Assembly (NCBI GenBank): GCA_002269645.1
Contig: NIVC01000087.1
Location: 868,001-932,000, forward strand
DNA from: Macrostomum lignano
Lineage: Eukaryota
Direction of reading: 5' to 3'
DNA: 64,000 nucleotides
Shown here: piece after piece, positions 57,330 to 64,000 of the stretch
Numbering within the stretch: position 1 is the first letter of the stretch
Layout of the letters: each line of letters begins with the position of its first letter
Made by a program: the position numbers and the translations under genes
Notes under the pieces: model-generated
The model's input: only the letters and a program-made list of their open reading frames with translations
The model's database searches: none
Told to the model about the DNA's origin: nothing

Positions 57330-60300
57330 ATGCTATGCATGTGGTCGCGTCAGAAAGCAATACACAAGCGTGTTGAGGAGCAGTTCAAATCCAATAACAA
57401 CATGCCAACAGCCAAGCTAAATCCTGACCCAGAGATGCACGCTTTTGTTGAGCGCGTGCACGTCAAGGGCCTGCGTCGAACCCGCGATCAGCTCGTCCAC
57501 TCGCAGGTTACTTGAGGCCATGGGTTTCTTTTAGAGCTAATTTAATCCCTCTTATTAAGGATCGCCTTCTTAATCACAATCCCTTTGATTGAGAATCGCC
57601 CACTTAATCTTAATTCCTCTTATTAAGGATCGCCTTCTTAATCACAATCCATTTGATTGAGAATCGCCCACTTAATCTTAATCCCTCTCATTAAGGATCG
57701 CCTTCTTAATCATAATCCCTTTGATTGAGAATCACCCTGTTAATCTTAATCCCTCTGATGAAAATCGCCCTGTTAATCTTAATCCCTCTGATGAGAATCG
57801 CCCTGTTAATCTTAATCCCTCTGATTGAGAATCGCCCTGTTAATCTTAATCCCTCTGATTGAGAATCGCCCTGTTAATCTTAATCCCTCTGATGAAAATC
57901 GCCCTGTTAATCTTAATCCCTCTGATGAGAATCGCCCTGTTAATCTTAATCCCTCTGATTGAGAATTGCCCTGTTAATCTTAATCCCTCTGATTGAGAAT
58001 CGCCCTGTTAATCTTAGTCCCTCTGATTGAGAATCGCCCTGTTAATCATAATCCCTCTGATTGAGAATCGCCCTGTTAATCTTAATCCCTCTGCTTGAGA
58101 ATCGCCCTGTTAATCATAATCCCTCTGATTGAGAATCACTGCTAATCTTTGGCCCTCCCACTGAAAAAGTCCTCAAGTCCTGACATAATCCCACGGACTC
58201 TAATAATAGCCCATTGCTTAATTGTCCCCAGGTGCGCCGTCTCCTATCAGATCGGGTGGCCACCTGGGGCCAGCTAGTGCTGGAGATCCAAGCCGCTAAG
58301 CGTCGCCTACAAGCCCTTGGCGTGTTCACTCGCGTCGACGTTACCATAGATACGGCAAAGTCTCCCGTAGCCGAACGAGCCGGCTTAGCCAATGCCGCCT
58401 ATGAAGTTGTATTCGAAGTGCAAGAGTGCAAACAGATGCAATACGGCGTACGAACCATGGCAGGTATGGACGGCACCGTGTCCCTAGTGCTCAATGGCAA
58501 TCTGCGCAATTTGACTGGCAACGCCGAACGGTTGATATTCGATTATCAAATTGGTACAAGAGACAGCAAATCGCATTTTTTAACTTTGGCCGCGCCGCTG
58601 GCCATGTATCCGTTTGCTAAGGCTAGCGCCGGACTGGTTAATAGCTGCGTTGATTTTAATTGGGCCGCTGTCAAGGTGAGCTGTTTGGTCATAGCAAAAT
58701 TAGCGAATTGTATTATAGACTATGTGCTGTAATATAGTCGCTGTATGCTGTTGCCTTAATGGTTGCTATATCGTTGCCATGCTGTTGCTATGTTGTAGCT
58801 TTGCTGGTTGCTAAGCTGTTGCTATGTTGTAGCTTTGGTGGTTGCTAAGCTGTTGCTATGTTGTAGCTTTGGTGGTTGCTAAGCCGTTGCTATGTTGTAG
58901 CTTTGGTGTTGCTAAGCTGTTGCTATGTTGTAGCTTTGGTGTTGCTAAGCTGTTGCTATGTTGTAGCTTTGGTGTTGCTAAGCTGTTGCTATGTTGTAGC
59001 TTGGTGGTTGCTAAGCCGTTGCTATGTTGTAGCTTTGGTGGTTGCTAAGCCGTTGCTATGTTGTAGCTTTGGTGGTTGCTAAGCCGTTGCTATGTAGTAG
59101 CTTGGTGGTTGCTAAGCCGTTGCTATGTTGTAGCTTTGGTGGTTGCTAAGCCGTTGCTATGTTTTAGCTTTGGTGGTTGCTAAGCCGTTGCTATGTTTTA
59201 GCTTTGGTGGTTGCTAAGCCGTTGCTATGTTGTAGCTTTGGTGGTTGCTAAGCCATTGCTATGTTTTAGCTTTGGTGGTTGCTAAGCCGTTGCTACGTTG
59301 TGGATACTGTGATTAATCGACAATTTTGCCTTGGTTTTGTTGCCCAAGCCGCTAGAAACCGAGGCTTTATAAGTATCAATGTTCCGGTGTAGACTTGCCT
59401 AGAGATGATATTAGGAGAACATCAAATTGCTTGAACCGACTGCAGGAGAGCCACTCCAGCTGCTTCGCCAGTTTCTCTTTACCGCTCGGCCCAACCGAGC
59501 AGCTGCTGCGCGCCGAGCTGAGTTGGCGCCAGCTGTTGGCCTCCCAGGACGGCCGGGCGCCGCTGGCTGTACGCGAGCTGTGCGGCCACTCCATCAAGTG
59601 CGGCCTCAAACACGTGCTCGAAGCCGACAGTCGCGACAGCGCCACGGTGCCAATGAGCGGCGGCTTGATGCGGCTCACCAGCGAGCTTGCCGGCTTTGGC
59701 GGCGACGTTCGTCACCTTCGACTTGGCGCCAAATTGTCGCGCAGTCTGCCTTTGGCGCCGCTGTTCCCGGCGGCGTCAATTCACTTGACGGCGGCCTGCG
59801 GACACGCCGTGCCGATGAATGGCGGAGGCATTCCGCTGGCTGACCGGTTCACCATCGGCGGATTGTCTAGCGGACTGCGAGGCTTCGACATTAACTGCGT
59901 CGGGCCCAGCGTTCCCAGGGCCGCCCTATCCGCTGGGTACGTGCTACGCTTTTTCTATACTTCTATACCTGGCTATTCGTGCCAGCACTGTTCCAGTATT
60001 GTTTTTGATTTGGCTATCCCTGACTTCCGGTGTTTGAATTAGGGTGTTTTTGATTTGGCTATCCCTGACTTCCGGTGTTTGAATTAGGGTGTTTTTGATT
60101 TGGCTATCCCTGACTTCCGGTGTTTGAATTAGGGTGTTTTTGATTTGGCTATCCCTGACTTCCGGGGTTTGAATTAGGGTGTTTTTTATTTGGCTATCCC
60201 TGACTTCCGGTGTTTGAATTAGGGTGTTTTTGATTTGGCTATCCCTGACTTCCGGTGTTTGGATTAGGGTGTTTTTGATTTGGCTATCCCTGACTTCCGG

Positions 60301-61416
60301 TGTTTGAATTAGGGTGTTTTTTATTTGGCTATCCCTGACTTCCGGTGTTTGGATTAGGGTGTTTTTGATTTGGCTATCTCCAACTTCCGGTGTTTGGATT
60401 AGGGTGTTTTTGATTTGGCTATTCCCAACTTCCGGTATGTTTTTGTTTTGGCTATCACTGACTTCGGTGTTTGAATAAGGATGTCTTTGATTTGGCTATC
60501 CCTAACTTCCGGTGTTTGAATAAGGATGTCTTTGATTTGGCTATCCCTAACTTCCGGTGTTTGAATTAGGGTGTTTTTGATTTGGCTATCCCCAACTTCC
60601 GGTGTTTGAATTAGGGTGTTTTTGATTTGGCTATCCCTGAATTCCGGTGTTTGAATTAGGGTGTTTTTGATTTGGCTATCCCTGACTTCCGGTGTTTGAA
60701 TTAGGGTGTTTTTGATTTGGCTATCCCTGACTTCCGGTGTTTGAATTAGGGTGTTTTTGATTTGGCTATCCCAACTTCCGGTGTTTGAATTAGGGTGTTT
60801 TTGATTTGGCTATCCCTGAATTCCGGTGTTTGAATTAGGGTGTTTTTGATTTGGCTATCCCTGACTTCCGGTGTTTGAATTAGGGTGTTTTTGATTTGGC
60901 TATCCCCAACTTCCGGTGTTTGAATTAGGGTGTTTTTGATTTGGCTATCCCTGACTTCCGGTGTTTGAATTAGGGTGTTATATGCTTTGATTTGATTTGA
61001 TTTTGGTTTGGCTATCGCACTCGATTTGCAGAGAAGAGCAGCAGCAGCAAGCAGCACCAGAAGTGCCCAGCCGTTGCTACCTTGGTGGCGAGTCGTTCTT
61101 CACGGCTGGCGCGCACCTGTACTGCCCGCTGCCGCTGGTCACTAGGCGTGGCAATTTTTTCGACTTATTCCGTCTGCACGCTTTCGCTAACGCCGGCTGC
61201 CTCGTGTCCAACGCTGGCGGCGCCCCCGTTGGCGACTGGCGATTGCCGCGGTTCCCGCGCGACGAAGTTCGTCTATCGTACGGCATCGGCATCCTCTTGG
61301 CTGTTGGCGGCCTGGCCCGATTCGAGCTGAATTACACAGTGCCGCAGGCCGCCTGCGCCGGTGACAAACTCGCTCCGGGCGTTGGTTTGGGCATTCACGT
61401 CGATTCGCCATTTTAA
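57330..61416 (+). CDS. SAMM50: SAM50 (Omp85/BamA-family mitochondrial sorting and assembly machinery subunit), 4 exons
   Basis: Exons 57330 (or ATG 57402)-57506, 58232-58675, 59446-59936, 61032-61416. POTRA VERVHVKGLRRTRD...LGVF..VDVTID; GHSIKCGLKH; ELAGFGGDV; DRFTIGG..LRGF (VRGF loop); YLGGESF; RLSYGIG; ARFELNYTVP. Confidence 0.93.
57540..58140. repeat. Intronic minisatellite, 33-34-bp unit (TTAATCTTAATCCCTCTGATTGAGAATCGCCCTG), SAM50 intron 1
   Basis: Tandem periodicity inside 57507-58231. Confidence 0.93.
58780..59300. repeat. Intronic minisatellite, 31-34-bp unit (GTTGCTAAGCCGTTGCTATGTTGTAGCTTTGGTG), SAM50 intron 2
   Basis: Tandem periodicity inside 58676-59445. Confidence 0.93.
59995..60990. 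repeat. Intronic minisatellite, 45-bp unit (TTGGCTATCCCTGACTTCCGGTGTTTGAATTAGGGTGTTTTTGAT), SAM50 intron 3
   Basis: 45-bp periodicity inside 59937-61031. Confidence 0.95.
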
Positions 61417-61499
61417 CCGCAAGTCTAACTGTATGCACCAATCATAGCAACCCTTGTTTACATTGAATACCGGTTATTCAAAACTAATACTTATTTTGA

Positions 61500-61915
61500 T
61501 AGCATAACAACCGGTTGTTTACCTTGGATACGGCTTGGCAACCGGTAGTTTACCTTTGATACGGCTTAACAACCGGTTGTTTACCTTGGATACGGCTTAG
61601 CAACCGGTAGTTCAGATCCATCATAGCAACCAATTTTTTGCCTTAAATACGGCTTAGCCACCGGTTTTTTACCTTGGATACGGCTTAGCAACCGGTAGTT
61701 TACCTTGGATACGGCTTAGCAACCGGTAGTTCACCTTGGATCCATCATAGCAACCGATTATTTACCTTAGATACGGCTTAGCAACCGGTAGTTTACTTTG
61801 GATACGGCTTAGAAACCGGTAGTTTACTTTGGATACGGCTTAGAAACCGGTAGTTTACTTTGGATACGGCTTAACAACCGGTAGTTTTACCTTGGATACG
61901 GCTTAGAAACCAGTG
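61500..61915. repeat. Minisatellite, ~31-32-bp unit (ACCTTGGATACGGCTTAGCAACCGGTAGTTT)
   Basis: Tandem periodicity just 3' of the SAM50 stop. Confidence 0.88.
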
Positions 61916-62619
61916 TTTATAGACTTCCTATATATTTAGACTTCCTATATATTTTCATGAGAATTCATCTTAAAGCCTATAAATTGCGGCAGTTCACCTT
62001 GGATTTTAGTTATTCTTGGGACCTGTGTTCCTTTGTCTCGGTCTCGGTAAAGACAAAATCTGTTTCGACATTGCTGTATCCATAGTCAGCACCCGGTTGC
62101 TATGCGGGTGGATCATTTCCCGCTATCCTATTGTGTTTAGTATAATGTTGATTGATGAAACTGTATGCTAACTAAGCACCCATATTGCCTATGCAAGACA
62201 TGCCTGTATGTACGAGTAGTTTGGATTTTATCAATAATTGATTTTCACCCAGCTTTGTGTGTTCTGTTTTGTGCGTTATTGCTAGAAAAATTAATCTAAT
62301 GTATTATGATGACACTTCTTTGTGCTAGCCTACTACTACTTTTAGTAGGCGTTAAAGAAATTTTAGGCTTATTTTGTGCTTCTAGTTTTAGCGACACCGT
62401 AATATCTGTCTGTTCATCGGATTTCCTGTTTAGCCCTATATGAAAATTAGTTTGACTATACCCACTGCTACTACTAGTAAACAAATAGAAAATACATTAG
62501 AATTTTCATAGATGCGTTCAGCGCTTATGCGTTAAGCTAAACAGGTAGTCTGTGAAGTCAGTTTTGTATCAGACGTCTCAATGCTTTTAATTCTTCTAGA
62601 AACCTTAAATTTTACGGAG

Positions 62620-63255
62620 ACATTCTCAATTCTCTGACATTCTCAAGTCTCTGACATCAATTCTCTGACATTCTCAATTCTCTGACATTCTCAATTCTCT
62701 GACATTCTCAATTCTCTGACATTCTCAATTCTCTGACATTCTCAACTTAAGTCTCTGACATAAATTCTCTGACACCCAATTCTCTGACATCAATTCTCTG
62801 ACATTCTCAATTCTCTGACATTCTCAAGTCTCTGACATCAATTCTCTGACATTCTCAATTCTCTGACATTCTCAATTCTCTGACATTCTCAACTCAAGTC
62901 TCTGACATCAATTCTCTGACATTCTCAATTCTCTGACATTCTCAAGTCTCTGACATCAATTCTCTGACATTCTCAATTCTCTGACATTCTCAATTCTCTG
63001 ACATTCTCAACTCAAGTCTCTGACATCAATTCTCTGACATTCTCAATTCTCTGACATTAATTCTCTGACATTCAATTCTCTGACATTCTCAAGTCTCTGA
63101 CATTCAATTCTATGACATTCTCAATTCTCTGACATTCAATTTTATGACATTTTAGATTCTCTGACATTCAAGTCTCTGACATTTTTGATTCTCCGACATT
63201 CTTAATTCCCTGACATTCTAAATTCACTGACATTCAATTCTCTGACATTTTAATT
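62620..63255. repeat. Minisatellite, 15-17-bp unit (CTCTGACATTCTCAATT)
   Basis: Tandem periodicity. Confidence 0.93.
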
Positions 63256-63273
63256 TCACCAATACGCTATTAA

Positions 63274-64000
63274 CCACTTGTCTACGACAGAATTTCTTCC
63301 CCACTTCTCTGTCTTACCAGATGGCAAGTAATGCATGTTATAGACTGCGCTGTACACTTTGAATTCCAAAACAGTTTCTTTATTATGCACAGGCAAGAAA
63401 ACACTTCCTCAACAGGAGAAGTGACATCTTTGACTGGAGAATAGTCTATGGCCAAGCTAGAAAAAGGCAAGAGAGAAAATTCAGGCATGAAGAGTTAACT
63501 GAAAGAATTTTTACTCGTGCCTCCTTAGCTCACTATCCCGGCTTACCAAATCTTACAATGCAAGCGGTCAGACAGCGACGACAAGCAGCCTTGCGAAATT
63601 TGGGCCTCGACAGCGAATCGAGCGATTAATCATTTGTCACTGCTGAGAGCGAGGGAGAGGGAGGTGGCGAAAATCAAGCACGCAACGATGGGACGGAGGA
63701 AGACGATCTGGGAATGATGCACGATGATTGGAGATCAGTAACTCCAGAGACTGATGCTCATTCTCTTCCCGAGTTCCTCGGGGCAAGCGGAGTCAATCCG
63801 GGATTCTTTGTACCTGCTGATGTTGACGACGGCTGGACAGCTATTTTCGAGCAGTTTCTACCCGATGATGTGCTTTCTACGCTTCAGATGTGCGTGTGGA
63901 CAAACAAGAGAGCGCAGCTGGATATTGCCAAGTATGTACTGGCGTTGTACAGAAACCGGAGCTGACGGCTTACTGGTCCACGGACCCGTTCTACTTCCAT
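63274..64000 (+). mobile_element. Decayed piggyBac-family DNA transposon (5' part, runs off the window)
   Basis: TTAA at 63270-63273 followed by CCAC. ORF from ATG 63558 with in-frame TAA at 63627; acidic N-terminus; PEFLGASG...FEQFLPDDVL...WTNKRAQ, then after a deletion/frameshift TGVVQKPELTAYWSTDPF. Both match piggyBac transposase N-terminal motifs (F..F..D.....TN..A; G...KP....YWSTD). Confidence 0.72.

Noticed and set aside
59995-60990. TTAGGG once per 45-bp unit (and TTAGGC in the 9010-10170 array) as interstitial telomere
   Set aside because: Single hexamers inside longer units, never tandem; expected by chance.

Overview
Eukaryotic (metazoan) genomic DNA with GT-AG introns. GC-rich poly-Ala/Gln exons and minisatellite-filled introns suggest the flatworm Macrostomum lignano; this is an inference from sequence style only. 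Host genes: TAO kinase (+, 8 exons), AMPK beta subunit (+, 4 exons, one in-frame TAA), a small coiled-coil/2-TM ORF (+, one in-frame TAG), a neuropeptide-like precursor (-), a polybasic CaaX ORF (+), an orphan type-I membrane ORF (+), CPEB1/Orb (-) and SAM50 (+). A decayed piggyBac starts at the right edge, and more than 20 unrelated minisatellite arrays are present. The main find is a full-length 9.8 kb Ty3/Gypsy LTR retrotransposon (15962-25738, minus strand, ATTA target duplication). In the env position between integrase and the polypurine tract it carries a same-strand ORF encoding an HPD-intact J-domain (DnaJ/Hsp40 co-chaperone) followed by an acidic SUMO-interacting-motif-like tract. The element also has a tRNA-Lys(UUU) primer site identical to the HIV-1 PBS, a single in-frame UGA between gag and pol, and a roughly 27-fold 10-aa repeat spacer ahead of the protease. 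All exon coordinates and counts were derived by hand; no database searches were run.
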